Part shown: in pieces, positions 24,724 to 38,365 of the stretch | Numbering within the stretch: position 1 is the first letter of the stretch | How the letters are laid out: each line of letters starts with the position of its first letter | Source of the DNA: Camelus dromedarius | Lineage: Eukaryota | DNA length: 64,000 bases | Direction: 5' to 3' | Assembly: GCF_036321535.1 (NCBI RefSeq) | Contig: NC_087436.1 | Location: forward strand, 27,468,001 to 27,532,000 | The notes under the pieces: model-generated | What the model saw: the letters and a program-made list of their open reading frames with translations, nothing else | What the model was told of the DNA's origin: nothing | Database searches by the model: none | Made by a program: the position numbers and the translations under genes

Positions 24724-25339
24724 AGAAGTCAAGGAGAACTTCCCTCTGACCAAAGTAAAAAAAATCATACTTTTTGATGAATGAACAAAACGTGACCCAA
24801 CCTGTTCAAGATGCAAAGATTAAAGGCTTTTGGAAGAACCTCAAAGGCAGAGTTCAAAAAAAAAAAAAAATCACTCTGACTTACTTTGATTCTTTCCTTG
24901 CTGTCATGCTTTTATAAAGCTTGAAAGGGGTCTCAATGGATGTAGCTTGGTCTTTTGCCTACCTATGATTTAACCGTTCTGCTTACATGTTTACTCTTGG
25001 AAATGCTAAAAGGGGTAAGGCTACCAGAGTGACACAGACTCACTGATTATATGCTTGGGGTATTTCAGGTACAGTTGAATCATGCTATTCTAGCCTATGG
25101 TTGGTGTCTAAAGAGATGCTTGGCAGAACAAAAAATGTGTCTTCTACTTACACTATCTCATGAAATCAGGGAACCAAGATGTAGAAATGGAAGGAGTTAA
25201 GAGGAACTGTGGGGATTTTAGCAGCCATAAATTATGAATAGTCTCTAGTGTCTCACATAGTAAAGTATATTCTGTTTACCTCATGTCACTTTCTACTTAC
25301 GGGGCCATTTCTTTAGCTAATCATAGTTAAACTAAAAAG

Positions 25340-25962
25340 AGTCTTTGTCAGCACAAGTTGTCTCCACTTTCTAACCTCCAATTGCTGCACAACTGAACGT
25401 AATCTGGTCTGTGCCACCACCACTTCATTGAATCTATTTGTCAAAATCACCAATTATTTCAAAATTGTCAAGTAGTCTTCCTTATGGTGGCCAATACAAT
25501 ATGGTAGGATCTAGCTCCCGATTAAATTTCCAACCTCATTTCATTCCACCTTCTTTCTCACTCCTTCAAATCAAACACACGGGATTCCTTCAGTCTGTTT
25601 TCTCTAACACACCCAAATCTCTTCTTCTTTCTCTCTAGACTGGACTTTACACGGAGGCTCTTTCTCAAACTTCAGATTCAGCTTATATGTCAGTCACCAC
25701 AGTGAGTCCTTCCTAATCACCACAGAAAAATTTAGACCATTTTGGTTTCTCCTTATCTATCATTGTTCTTTAATCATTGCTTTCAGTGTGTTTACCACAA
25801 CCTGAAGCTGTTATTTTATTTGTTTTCTTATTTGTATTTTATAACTCTTATGCTGTAAACCACACAAGTACGGACATATATTCTTTCCCAAAACGATATC
25901 ACCCTACTTCTTATTGGATGGTACATGATACAGTAATAAATGTTTTTTAAATAAATAAATGT
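25340..25962 (+). mobile_element. L2 fragments
   Basis: Pyrimidine-rich degenerate L2 body ending in aataaatgttttttaaataaataaatg. Confidence 0.6.
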
Positions 25963-28900
25963 CCTTTTCTTCTAGCTGCCATTAATATATTTCAGTTCCA
26001 TCAAATGCCATCTCTGTGTTGCTAAATTACAAATTTCAGATTTACAGCAGAGAGAGTTCTAGCCAGCTCATTATCAGTCTGCATGGTCAAGGGGCACGGT
26101 TCACATGAAGGGGATAAGACTCTCCGTTATGCGTTAGGTTCTTCTGGGGAAGAGAGAAATATTCCTAGCTACAACGTGTCCACAAGACTATTTACCACCT
26201 AAGACCAAATAAAACTTGGAAATTTACTATAAGAGAAGATTAAATATAGACAGTGACTGCTGCCTTTAAAAATGAGTATCTGGACAATGTTTTTCTAAAT
26301 ATTAAGAACCATATGATGAATAGAAATAACATTCCTGAAAAGGTATTTAACTTCCTTTATTTTCTAAAGCTTTGTATCCTACTGTTGGTGGTGCAGGTGG
26401 GATTCGTGGGGGATGGAGAAGAATTACATGAAGGGAAGGGAACATATCTGAGAGCAAACAGGCTCAGCACACTTAGTAGGAAACAGAACAGAAGCTCTTT
26501 CTGTTTGCAGGTTCCCTGTAACTAACAGGCTTGGAGTTTTTGCCTTTTTCCTGATCCTCCCACCAACACACAGAGTCACATCTAAGTTTGTGGGCACACA
26601 TGTGCCATGTTATGAAGGACCCAGAGAGCATTTGCCTTCATTCTTTTCCCTCTAAATCGCTTCCTCCATTCACCAGCTGGAAAGATTGCTCTGGGTTTCC
26701 CTAAATAGTGGAGACTCCCTCATACATCATATCCCATAATATAATGACACATGGATGAAATAAATATACGTATAGGCATAGTTCTAAGTATAGGTAGACG
26801 TGTATTTAGAAAATTGCTCAATTTCTCTTTTAACAACACTTGACCCATACTAAAGGCTCAGAAATGGTTTCACTTTAAATTTCTATTTTCAAAATGAACA
26901 CTTTTATTTTCACTGTTTTTATCTCTGCATTCCAGTGCTTCACAAGTCAGGGACTATTTCTAATCAAATATGGATATTCTATAAAAATATGTAAAATGTA
27001 TATTAATATAGTTAAAGTTTGTTACCTTTTAATATACATATTGTAATTTTTTAAATTACAAAAGTTGATTTTTATCTTTGAATTTATTTTTCATTGAAAT
27101 AAAACAGCTTTTAAAATGTGTTTGTTCTATTGCAAGGTAAATAAAAAACCATGAATCAGTCACCTTTTTTGTCGTTACAATGCATGTATCTGTTAGACCG
27201 TATTTTAGCTACTGACGTAAATCCACTGCTCACTGTAACTTACATATCCTGAGGGCATACTATCTATAAGATTTTGTTTTTCAAAGTGGATTTTGGGCAA
27301 ACTTTTTCTGTGTGTGTGTGCATAAGCTGCCCTATGGTCAGACTAGAGATATAACAGATAACTAACATATTTCCCCACCTCTACACCTTTATTCTTCCCA
27401 GTCCCTACACCCTGAATGACCTACCCAGCAAGACCAGTTCTAACTGACACTTAACATAATCTAATAACCATTCATGGATCCTTCTGGCTAGACGTTTCCT
27501 TTTCTTTCACTGAATTCTTTACAATGCTTTACATTATTCATATGCTTTATCTGCATGGCTTTGCAATATATTTAAATTTTACTCCCATCATTTCAGTAAT
27601 AACATCTAAATGGAGCAAATGACTTCACAGTTTTCAGAGTGCCCAGCAAAGAACACATACTAAATGTTATATTTAATGAATTATAGGTTAAGGTACATAT
27701 TTAAAAGTCACAATGTTTTTCCATTACATATTAACAGGGATAAAAATTATTTCAAATAATATCTTTAGTTTCTTTTACCTGCCAATTATTATTTCTAACC
27801 CTACCGTTATAAAATAGTTTAATCATTAAATTTTTAGTTTTCAAATTATTAGGAAAGATCTCAAGTGAAAGGAATTGTTGGGAAAACTGCATTCTAAAGA
27901 TACTTATTTTGTTTTTAGCAATTGTTTGTTTAGAATATATTTATTAAGTTGAGTTCTAACTTACATTTAAAACTCGAAATAATTGAAAAATAACTTGGGT
28001 TGCTTTATCTCGAAGCATCTTCAAGTACATTTTCTATTTGGTCTCTTGAAATGGCAATAGTCAAATGTTAAAATATGCCTTCTTTTTGTTGGAAATAGTA
28101 TGTATTGAAGACTGACACAGGGAAAAAAAATCCAAAAATCTATATTGAATTAACATCTGTTCTGAAAATCTTATCTAAGAGAAACTTAACAGAGGTCAAA
28201 TTTATAAACAAAAGGCATTTCCAGACCTCGAAGTTATAGTTGCTTTTAAGATCAGTAAAGCAAGGATTTAACCTTGCCACCACTGCAGTTTAAGTTATAT
28301 AATTACATTCTTCAGAGTTGACATTTTCACCTTGGTAGGCATAATAAGGCCATGCAGATGCAGGCTAAACTCAGTAATCTCAGCCTCCTGCTTCCTCTCA
28401 CGTTGATGATAATAAGATAGGGCAGTGGAGCATGCAAGAGCCTCCATTTAATTGTCAGTACAGTCTTTCATTTAAACAACAAAATAGTTAGCAGTAAGCT
28501 TATAAATGTGGAAAGCATGCAAACTAGAAAGGGTATGCCTGCTACCTTTAAAAACACCTCACGTAGAAAAGGCCAAGCATTTAAAATGTGTTTCGACTAC
28601 CCTTTAAAGAAGTCAGAACCAATAGAAAATACATGCCTGGAAAAGAAAACTGGACCTTTCTTTATAGAGAATGAAAACAGTTTGCTAAACCATCTTTAAA
28701 TGCACAAATCTTTAAATGTTGAATATGGAGAAATTGTGAGAAATCATTTAAACTTGAAATCAACTTGCACTACTCTATGCAGACTGCCTTTTGTGTTTTG
28801 GATAGAACTGGGCTTCATTTTTAGTATACTACCACTGGTAAAATGAATCTTGAAAGATCAGCTATTGTTAATATTAAGAATATAATCATGGCTCTAAATT

Positions 28901-29015
28901 TTTTTATTTTTTAAATGGATAGTCTATTTCTTTTTTTCAAATTCAAGAAGAAGAAAAAAAAAAAAAAGGTCTCCACTTGGCAATCCTGTACCATTTCCCA
29001 TTTCCCCCTACTTAC

Positions 29016-29031
29016 CAAACCAACATGTAAC
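29016..29031 (-). other. Candidate 16-nt microexon
   Basis: Minus strand: T-run + aaag|GTTACATGTTGGTTTG|gtaagtag; strong donor. Confidence 0.3.
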
Positions 29032-29229
29032 CTTTAAAAAAAAATTACTTTCTCATCTAAACTTTAGGAAAATACAAGAACAAATTTACTCTTACTTAAA
29101 TATTTTTATATGTTTAAAACATTTTATGAAATCATACAGAAATCTGCACATCAACACACATAATATGTCTAGAATATCACTTAAAAATCAATCAAAACAT
29201 TAGGAATAGGGAGTAGTCTGCTATCACCG

Positions 29230-29810
29230 GCTTCACTTAATGGACTAGGACTTCATCAGTTTCTTTTCCTGGTTCTGTCCTCTTCATCTCCATGGAGCCG
29301 GCTGGCACTTTATCTAGAGTCATAAAACCCCCACCCCTGGGCTGTGTGCATGCCTGGAGCATACTGACACCTTAACACCCTCCACACCAGTGCAGGACCC
29401 TGGGTCTACCTTCATTTCTGCAACATATAAAACATCTTCCCTTGATGTGTGTTGACCCTAACAGAACTCACCACCCCAGGAGAGAGCCTGTCTCACAACA
29501 CCCTAGGTGGACTGGCCTCACATCCTGCCCTTATCAAAGTCATAAAATAAAACCTATAGTTCCGAGAAATTCCTGGCAGATCTTACAACCAATAAGGTAC
29601 CTGTGCACGAACTGATCATGCAGCCCCTACTCCTCGTGTGCACAGCCCCCTCCCCACCCTACATGCCCACCCTCCGTGCTCACGCAGGCAGCTCTCACCT
29701 GTGTGGCCTGCTGTTCCTTACAGCAGCGTAACTATTAAACTTTCCTAAACTCTTCTCGGTCTCTGGTAATTCCTTACCAGCCCACTCACCAGTCTGCCCT
29801 TGTGCCCACA
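29230..29810 (+). mobile_element. Probable ERVL-class solo LTR
   Basis: GC-rich ~580-bp island with CCAAT (accaataa), ATTAAA polyA signal and LTR-like U5 ending in CA; family not resolved. Confidence 0.55.
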
Positions 29811-29829
29811 ACCATCAACTCATTCTCGA

Positions 29830-30897
29830 AATACTGGAAAGCCCAAACTTCAGCCTGGGGACCACCTCTCTTTCTCTATCGTACTCCCTCTGTGATCTCA
29901 TCTAGGTACTGATGATGCATCTCTTTAGATTGCCTGATGAGTTCTTCCTAATGAAATCTTTGCGTACTTGAAAATTCCAAGTTTCAAAGTTTAGCCTGCA
30001 CTCTACTAAGCTGACATTCTCCAAACCAACACCACCTCTAGCTTTATCCACTTCAGTTTGTACCAACTCAATTCTTCCTGCTACTTAGGCCTCAGACCTT
30101 GCCTTGATCCTTGCTGCCTCTTTCTCTCCTGTACCATACACTTGCCTGCTTTCCTTGGCTCCTGTTACTTCTCTGACGTCATCTCCTTCTAAGCTCCCAA
30201 CGCTCAGCCGTCACTCTGCTCCGGCCACGACTGCTTTCCCACTGTTTCTGTACTCCAGGCACCTCCCCACCTCAAGGCCTTGACCACTGAAATCCCCTCT
30301 GCTTGGAATACTCCTTACCCAGACATCTAACACACAAACCTATTTCACGTTGCTCAGGTCTTCATGTAACTTCTGCGGGCTATCCTTATACAGGTACCCA
30401 GAATTTAGCCATCTGTCATGTTTTCATCACACTTCGGTGTTATGTAATACCCTCCAAATTAGAGCACCGTTCCTACTCCTGACTGCCTTTCATGTATTTT
30501 CAACAGAGCAATTCAAGTGGTTTTGTAAAGATGTAAGTCAGATTAGAGTAGCAAAACAGAAGTCAAAGTTCTTTCTATGAATTACAAGGTCCTCTATAAT
30601 TTGGCTCCTAGGATTCGTCACTCTGTCAGTCTCCTTGTCTCCTAAACACTCCAGATATGATCTCCTTCATCTCAGAACATTTATGATTGCTGTTTGCTCT
30701 GTCTGAAATTTCTTTTCTCAGCAACTTTGGGCTTTTACATATTTTGATGACACATACATATAACTTTTTGTCTCCAGCACTGAAATGGATTCTCATTATG
30801 GCATAATTTTATCTTTTTCCCAGCTCACACAGTATTTCCAGTGCCAAGAACAATGTCTGACTACTAGTTGACATTCAATAAAAATTTATTGAATCAA
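29830..30897 (+). mobile_element. L2 element (fragmented)
   Basis: cccctctgcttggaatactccttacccaga; 3' end ccagtgccaagaacaatgtctgac...tcaataaaaatttattgaatcaa. Confidence 0.8.
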
Positions 30898-33800
30898 GGG
30901 TTTTATATAGGAATGTGTTTCCATGTATATGAAAAAAATACGTGTTTGATAGTTAACCTGCAAAACTGACAAAACATTTTGCTTTTTAATAAAGGTCTTC
31001 CATAAAGATTTACCTCCATTTTGTTAAACCAGTAAGAAAAAGCAAAAATCTATTCTGAAAAAATCTAGTCCTCACATCAAAAAGAAAAGGCAGGTTTTAA
31101 CATGCAAACCTATGAAAGGCTTATGTTATCCTAGAGGCTGATTCAAAGGGCTTTAGAACTGCACCACTGTTATTCTGTATATTTAATTAGCTTTACACCC
31201 AATACAAAATTTCCAAAAAAGTTTAACTGACAAATACCATTTGTAAGATATTGCAAAAATGCAGAACTAAGATACTTGTTTCTTTCCCTTAATCATTTAT
31301 GAAAAATCGCCTAAAACAATGACCTTTTGTTGTTTATTTTTTATGTCTTTACAGAAATGCTTTATGAAACACTGACAAAAAAAAAAAAAGAATTTTGAAA
31401 AGGTCAGTGACGTATAGCAACACTTTTGCTGCCTAATTAACAGAACTTTCATTTTATATCTTGATGGGATATCTTGGCTGCTGGTTGGTAATAACAACAT
31501 GCTGAGATTAGAAAACAGTCAAAAGGAAGTTTTGTTCCAATATGAGACACGATTGATCATTTTGATCTGTCAACATAGTAACTGAGTTCATTAGACTTTG
31601 ACAATTATTTGATGCTACTTAAATCTTAGCAGCTATTGAATAGCCATGATACTAGCATTAATTGAATAATAAATGAGGAAATAAGTTTGCAAATTTCTGA
31701 AACTATGTTGCACAGAGATTATTCATCTAGCAGTGTAGCCTTTCTCCTCAATTGTATTTCTCTTCCAATTAAGCAGTATCAACTTAAGAGAACTGTGTCA
31801 AGATAATACATACAAACACAAACGCGTGAAGAGCCGAGTCACAGCCTGGTGGCCTCAGAATAAATTCAGTGGAGAGAATGACTACATAGCAGATAATGGT
31901 TAATAAATGAACAGTTAAAGATTAGGACACATCACATAAAAATGTAGCCTTGTGGTTTCTACTGAGAAAAGAAAATGCTCGAAAATAGATCCTTACTCTC
32001 TTATGGTGACAGTTGGCTGAGGCCCCATCCGATTTGGAGCTTCACTGCTCAGCTCACAACAGCCCCCCTTGCCCCACTAATCCTGCAACAGTGACCACAA
32101 CTGTCCTTCTTAAATCCATCATCTCACCTGGTTTACTGTATTCCTCATGGTAGAGAAAAAAGAACAATATATTTTACTCGTATATTTGTTTAAAGAGAAT
32201 TAGATAACCAAATGAGACAAAGACAGATACATTAGTATAGCCACAAGTTAAAAAAATAAAAGTAGGAAGTTGAGAACTTGTGTTTATCTGCAAATATGAA
32301 CTATAAAAACTTTTCAAAATATGCACACAAAAATGTGCTGTACCAAAGTAATATACTATATTTATACACATAAATATAAATAATAATCATTATGAAAAAT
32401 AATATAATATCTAGAAAGTAAGTATGACTAAAATTTGTTACACTAAGAAAGGATAAAAACTTCAATTAGATTTTTATAGGCACATTTACTTGAAATTTAA
32501 TATTGTAGCCAATGGGGACACATATCCAGTATATCTGCTGCCCTCTTTTCCTGCCCTTCATTGCCAGCAAGGTTACTCCCTGGAACTTCTCCCTCAGGTA
32601 ATAGTGTATGTCCCACTCTGATATAAGTCCAAGGAACTGAACCTTATATAATTTAATAGTGTTATTTTAAATAAAATAATACAACGTTATAGATACAAAA
32701 TTAGAAACAAAATATTTAATGACAAAATAACTCACAAATTTTAAATTTCAAAAGTTTGATAATTCTATATACAACATAAAAATCCAGAAAATGATATTTG
32801 TGTTACCTGCCTAACTTATCTCCATAATATTTTTTCCTTTTTTTTTGGCTATGTACTACAAGTGTCTTCACTATTTCTAACAGTGAATTATTTTAAAATC
32901 AGGAAATACAGTCTGTAATAAATGAAATAACCTTAGACTCATATTTTCTTTGTTTCCAAGTTCTAGAGAATCTTCTCTCAAAACATAGAAAATAAAAACA
33001 ATTGATCTGATAACTGAATGACGTGAGCCCTACAAGAGCCCTTTCTTCCTGACTCAAGGAAGTTTCCAGATTCTAGTGCAGGAGGAGGAATCTAGAGAGA
33101 ATGTACAGGGATCTCTGAGTTGAGAAGAGAAAGGGTACAATTTTCAAAGAGGAAAGCTGCCATTTCCAGGGCAGAGTACCACAGTGGAGGGAACTACATG
33201 AAGAAGAGCTCCAGAGCAAAGGTGCAGGACGTTAATCCATGCATGCGTAGGGTAAAACTAACAGACTGAGGAAAAGGACTGTCAGCAAGTAATAAGCTAA
33301 CTAATTTCCAGCATTTACACAGGGCTAGAAGGCCTTCATGTTTTGACCATACAAACCAGAGGGATTTCACTGAGTGACAGAAGGATTCAATAGAAACTGC
33401 AGAAGATTTATGGCATAGTAATTGGACTAACTTACCCCTAGAGAAAAGTCTGCTCTGGATAGACACTAACGAACTTAAAAACAAGTCTGCAATGGATAAA
33501 GCTTAATCCCAAAATATTCAACTGCCTGCAAACGTAAACTCTGGCCCTCTTTAAAGAAAAAACCTAGGCACACAAAAACACAGTATTCATCATGTCATGA
33601 TCTAATTATATATTATTAAACATGTAAAGAAACAGGAAGATGGTAGGTAAGTTTCAAAAATAGTTATAATAAATATACTCAACAGTATAAGGGAAATGAT
33701 GAGCATAACGTGGAGAAGAATGAAAGACATTCAAGAGAACCAAACAGATTTTTACAGTCAAAATTTATAGTCAGAGATAAAATATTTGTTCAACGAGATT

Positions 33801-34741
33801 AACATCAGATCAGTGAACTTGAAGACACAGCAAAAGAAAGTATTCAAAATGAAAACACCATGGGGAAAAATGTCCTAAATGTTAATAAAGCCTCAGTGAC
33901 GTAAGGTCAATAGCAACTGTCTAACATAAGTGAAATTGGAGACTTTGAAGGCCAGAAATAGGGAAATTTTATATATATAAAATAATATATATATGATATG
34001 TAGCATATATAAATATATTCATATAAATAAATTATATATTATATATAAAATATATATTTAAATATACATTTTTAATGATGGACTACATGTTTCTAAATTT
34101 GATGAAAACCCAAACTTCCTAAGATGGTCAGCAAATCTTAAGTAATGTAAAAAGAAAATCAAATCAAGTTATAATACTAATCAAATTACAGTAAAACCAC
34201 AGAAAAGAAAAAAATCTTAGAAAAAAAGATTAAATACCAGGAAACAAAGACTAATATGACCAAAGTCCTCTTGTATGAATGTAAGACACCAGCTCCCTAC
34301 TCCACTGAAAAAAAAATCTCTATGGTGTTGGGGAAGGAGAAAGGGGCAATTCTCCAATTTAAAATTATACAGCCAGCAAAAATATTTTGCACAAAATAAA
34401 TCAAAATAAATATCATTTCAAACAAAATCAAAAATAAAACATCTAAAATATTTATCACCATTTTGCTATCACCATGGTACTATGAGGAATCAGCACCTTA
34501 CACCGCAATGAAGAGTAACAGAATTAATAAACATGTGAAGAAATATAATTTTTCCTTCTAAATATTTCATCAAAAAATTATTTTTGCTTTGAAGAATCAA
34601 TTTTTATGTATGACAATGTATTATATCATTTAAAACATATTCTGAGATAAAATTACTAAACAACAGTACAAGGGACAAAAGGGAAGGAAAGAATACTTGC
34701 ATAAGGAAGGTATACTGTTACGTTAAAGATAAATGTTGCAG

Positions 34742-34840
34742 TGGGAGATCAAGATGGCAGAGTAGAAAGACACTGAACTTTCTTATGCCCATGAACACAT
34801 CAAAAATACATCCATATGTGGAGTAATTCTTGCTAAAAAC
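34742..34840 (+). mobile_element. Isolated 5' tip of a younger L1 5'UTR
   Basis: gggagatcaagatggcagagtag...acatcaaaaatacatccatatgtgga; includes the L1 YY1 motif CAAGATGGC. Confidence 0.75.
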
Positions 34841-35217
34841 ATGGTCTTAAATAAAAATCTAAAGAAGGTGTGAAGATAGGGGTAAAAGGGACAAAATGTG
34901 GAACAAACAGAAACCAAATAGCAAAATGGTAGATTCAAAGCCAACCACACCAATAACTGCATTAAGAATAAAAATTTTAAACACAGTTAAATGGCACAGA
35001 TTGTCAGACTGAATAGAAGAAGGAAGAGCGGTAGAAATGAGAAGAAAAGGAAAAGGAAGAAAATAAAGGAAGAAAGCAGAGAAAAGAGAGAAAACCAAAC
35101 TGTTAACCAGGTATATGTTACAGATATGTTTAAAGAAAAAGGTTGGAAAATGTATACCATGTAAACATTTGTCAAAAGAGGCTAAAGTATTATCAGTGGA
35201 CACTAAAAAAGTACATA

Positions 35218-35315
35218 TAGGCAATCTCATTATTTGCAGTAACTGTGTTCTACAAAGCTACCACCAATACTGAATTAATGAACAATGAACCATTGCTCCT
35301 AAGGAAATTTTAATA

Positions 35316-35349
<34 letters not shown>

Positions 35350-35786
35350 CCCTGCACACAAACATCTCACATAGATTACAATCTTAAATTCTAAAAAATC
35401 AACATTTGATTTTTAGTTTTTATTTTCTTCACAGAAAAGAAGGTTCAGAATCCTTAAGAACCTTGCCTGAGGCTGTCCACTAAATGGTGTCAGGGTTGGG
35501 ACTCAAATCCTATCCAACTGGTCCCAGTGCTAGAGCTTCTTGAATTACACTGCCTTGTCCTCTATCATCTCCATCCCCTGGTTATCTCTGTGTGAAAGAT
35601 GAAACAAGAAGGCAGATGTCACCTTGTTCAATGATAGCTGGGAATGTGAGTATCAGGCAACTCAATTCTTTTGCAGCTCATGTCTGCCAATGACTGAGAA
35701 AGCCCCTAAGTATTGATCTTGAGGTTAAAATAAATTGTAGGGAGTATTTTGTAAATACAACATACACACATAATATGGACCAACTG
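35218..35786. mobile_element. TcMar-Tigger element (MER82-like) with TA flanks
   Basis: ctcattatttgcagtaactgtgttctacaaag...actgaatta...gaaccattgctccta; ends taatatggaccaactg|ta. Confidence 0.8.
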
Positions 35787-36384
35787 TATTAATACTTAGA
35801 AAGGGGGACATATATAATAATAAAAGGAGTAATTTATTAAAAAGATGGCAATCCTAAGTGCATGCACCTGATAAAAATTCAAATCACATAAAATAAAAAG
35901 ACAGAACCAATGGGAGAAATAGACAAATCCATTATTAGGAATGATTAAGTACTCCTCTCTCAGTAATTTACAGATTAATTAAATCAAAATAAAGAGATAA
36001 ACATCTTGAAGAAACCTACCGTTCAATTTGACCTTATCTCTTATCTACCCAATAAAAAACTTTATGTTTCTATGGTTATCTTAACTACTTTTTTGATAAT
36101 AATCAATGGAATTTAGTTTTCCTGGAATTGAAAGGCAGTGGAAACCCAATGAAAACTGGACAATTATGTTTATTGGAAGGTGATGTTTGTTGTTTGTAGA
36201 CTCAGAAATACCTTCCTTAAAGTCATTACTCTGGATATTGATATGGACCTCAGACACAGAAATGGATACATAGAATGCAACAGCCATGCAGAACTATTTT
36301 CAGGGTAAATAACTTACAGAATTACATTCTAAATTGAAGTACTCATCTATAAAGGTACTTTATAGATGAAGTACTCATCTATAA

Positions 36385-37514
36385 AGGTCTGATTTGTTTA
36401 TTTTTGTTTTTACTTCTCCTAAGCTTTTGCACAGCAAAGGAAACCATAAGCAAAACAAAAAGACAATCCACAGAGTGGGAGGAAATATTTGCAAATGATG
36501 TGACTGACAAGGGCTTAATTTCTAGAATATATAAACAGCTCATACAACTTAACAAAAAAACAAACAACGCAATCCAAAAATGAGCAAAAGACCTAAGTAA
36601 ATAATGCTCCAAAGAAGACATACAAATGGCCAATAGGCACATCGAAAAATGCTCAGTAGTACGAATTATCAGAGAAATACAAATCAAAGCTACAATGAGG
36701 TATCACCTCACACCAGTCAGAATGGCCATCATTCAGAAGTTCACAAATGATAAATGCTGGACAGAGTGTGGAGAAAAGGGAACCCTCCTACACTGTTGGT
36801 GGGAATGTAGTTTGGTGCAGCCACTATGGAAAACAGTATGGAGATTCCTCAAAAAAACAAAAATAGAGTTACCATATGATCCAGCAATCCCACTCCTGGG
36901 CATATATCCGGAGGGAACTCTTAATTTGAAAAGATACACGCACCCCAGCGCTCACAGCAGCACTAAATACAATAGCCAAGACATGGAAACAACCTAAATG
37001 TCCAACAGATGACTGGATAAAATACCACAACTTTTTATACAATGGTATACTACTCAGCCATAAAAACGAATAAAATAATGCCATTTGCAGCAACATGGAT
37101 GGACTTAGAGATTGTCATTCTAAGTGAAGTAAGCCAGAAAGAGACAGAAAAATACCACAGTATATCACTTATATGTAGAATCTAAAAAAAGAAAAAAAGA
37201 TACTAATGAACTCATCTACAAAACAGAAATGGACTTGCAGACATAGTAAACAATCTTATAGTTACTGGGAGAAAGGGGATGGGGAAGGGATAAATTTAGG
37301 AGTTAGAAATTTGCAAATGTTAGCCACTATATATAAAAATAGATTAAAAAATTTCTTCTGTATAGCACAGGAACTATATTCAATATCCTGTAATAACCTT
37401 TAATGAAAAAGAATATGAAACTGAATATATGTATGTATATGCATGACTGGGACATTGTACGGTACACTGGAAATTGACACATTATAACTGACTATACTTC
37501 AATTAAAAAAAAAA
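36385..37514 (+). mobile_element. 5'-truncated L1 with short 5' inversion (camelid-type 3'UTR)
   Basis: 36421-37514 is the ORF2 C-terminus plus 3'UTR ending tgcatgactgggacattg...actgactatacttcaattaaaaaaaaaa; 36385-36420 is the adjacent L1 segment inverted. Confidence 0.93.
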
Positions 37515-37884
37515 GTAGGTTATTTTTCTTGAGATTAAAAAGAGAAAGGAACCATAAAAGGTCTGCTTTTATTTTCCTGGTACACTAACAAAACAAATCC
37601 ATTTTTCCTATGGTGTTGTCTGCCTATTTATCTCAACAGAACACATTAAAAATATTCAGATGAAAAGAAGTGGGAAATAGGAAGAGTAAAGCAATAACTA
37701 GGGAGAAAGAAACAAGGAGGAGCTAATTTTTATGTACATTTTATCCACATTACTGAATTCTACTTTGATAGCTATTCTAATTGTATTTTCTTGTATGTCT
37801 GCTAATTTACCCTACTTGTTACAATCCCAGTACTACCATAATTCTTTCTCTTGTGTGATGTGAAATAGTTCTTACAAAAAACTT

Positions 37885-38365
37885 TGTAAGACTACATGAT
37901 CTTCAATATCCTTTATACCATTTTCTTAGTAATAAAAACCTTGAAAAGTAACTAGGGACCTGAAACCCCAGCTAGAGGCTACAATTCTCAGCATCTCCAG
38001 CAGCTATGGGAGGATTAATCCCTGTAACTACATTCTCCTAATGGGATGTGAGAAACAGAAAAGATGCATGCGATTTCCCTTGTGCCTCTAATGGGAAAGA
38101 GCATACATTCCTCTTACTCCACGTTCCCTTTTTTTCCTTTGACTGAAGACATTATCACTGACCATGTGAATCTTCACAGCACGTTAGGGAAGTTAAAACT
38201 ACAGATTAGAAAGAGCTGGAGTACATCATGAATACCCCCTTATCACCATGGACTCCTTACTCTGGCCCATGTTATATAGTAGAGAAATGAAAATGAAATT
38301 TCTATCTTCTATAATTTTTGTTTGTAATTTTTTGTTGTTATAGCAACCAGACCTAAATCTTACCA
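37885..38365 (+). mobile_element. Old MaLR LTR (MLT1I/J-like)
   Basis: cccagctagaggctacaattctcagcatctcc...ttctcctaatgggatgtgag...tgttatagcaaccagacctaaatct. Confidence 0.6.

Larger units (their letters stand above)
33100..36050 (+). mobile_element. Ancient L1 (ORF1 to ORF2 start), interrupted
   Basis: A-rich; gatcagtgaacttgaagaca, caaatagcaaaatggtagatt, gggagaaatagacaaatcca are L1M ORF1/ORF2-type motifs. Confidence 0.7.

Noticed and set aside
27244..27263. 20-nt minus-strand exon with GTAAGT donor
   Set aside because: Acceptor lacks a polypyrimidine tract
33965..34075. AT-only quasi-palindromic stretch
   Set aside because: Low-complexity degenerate (TA)n
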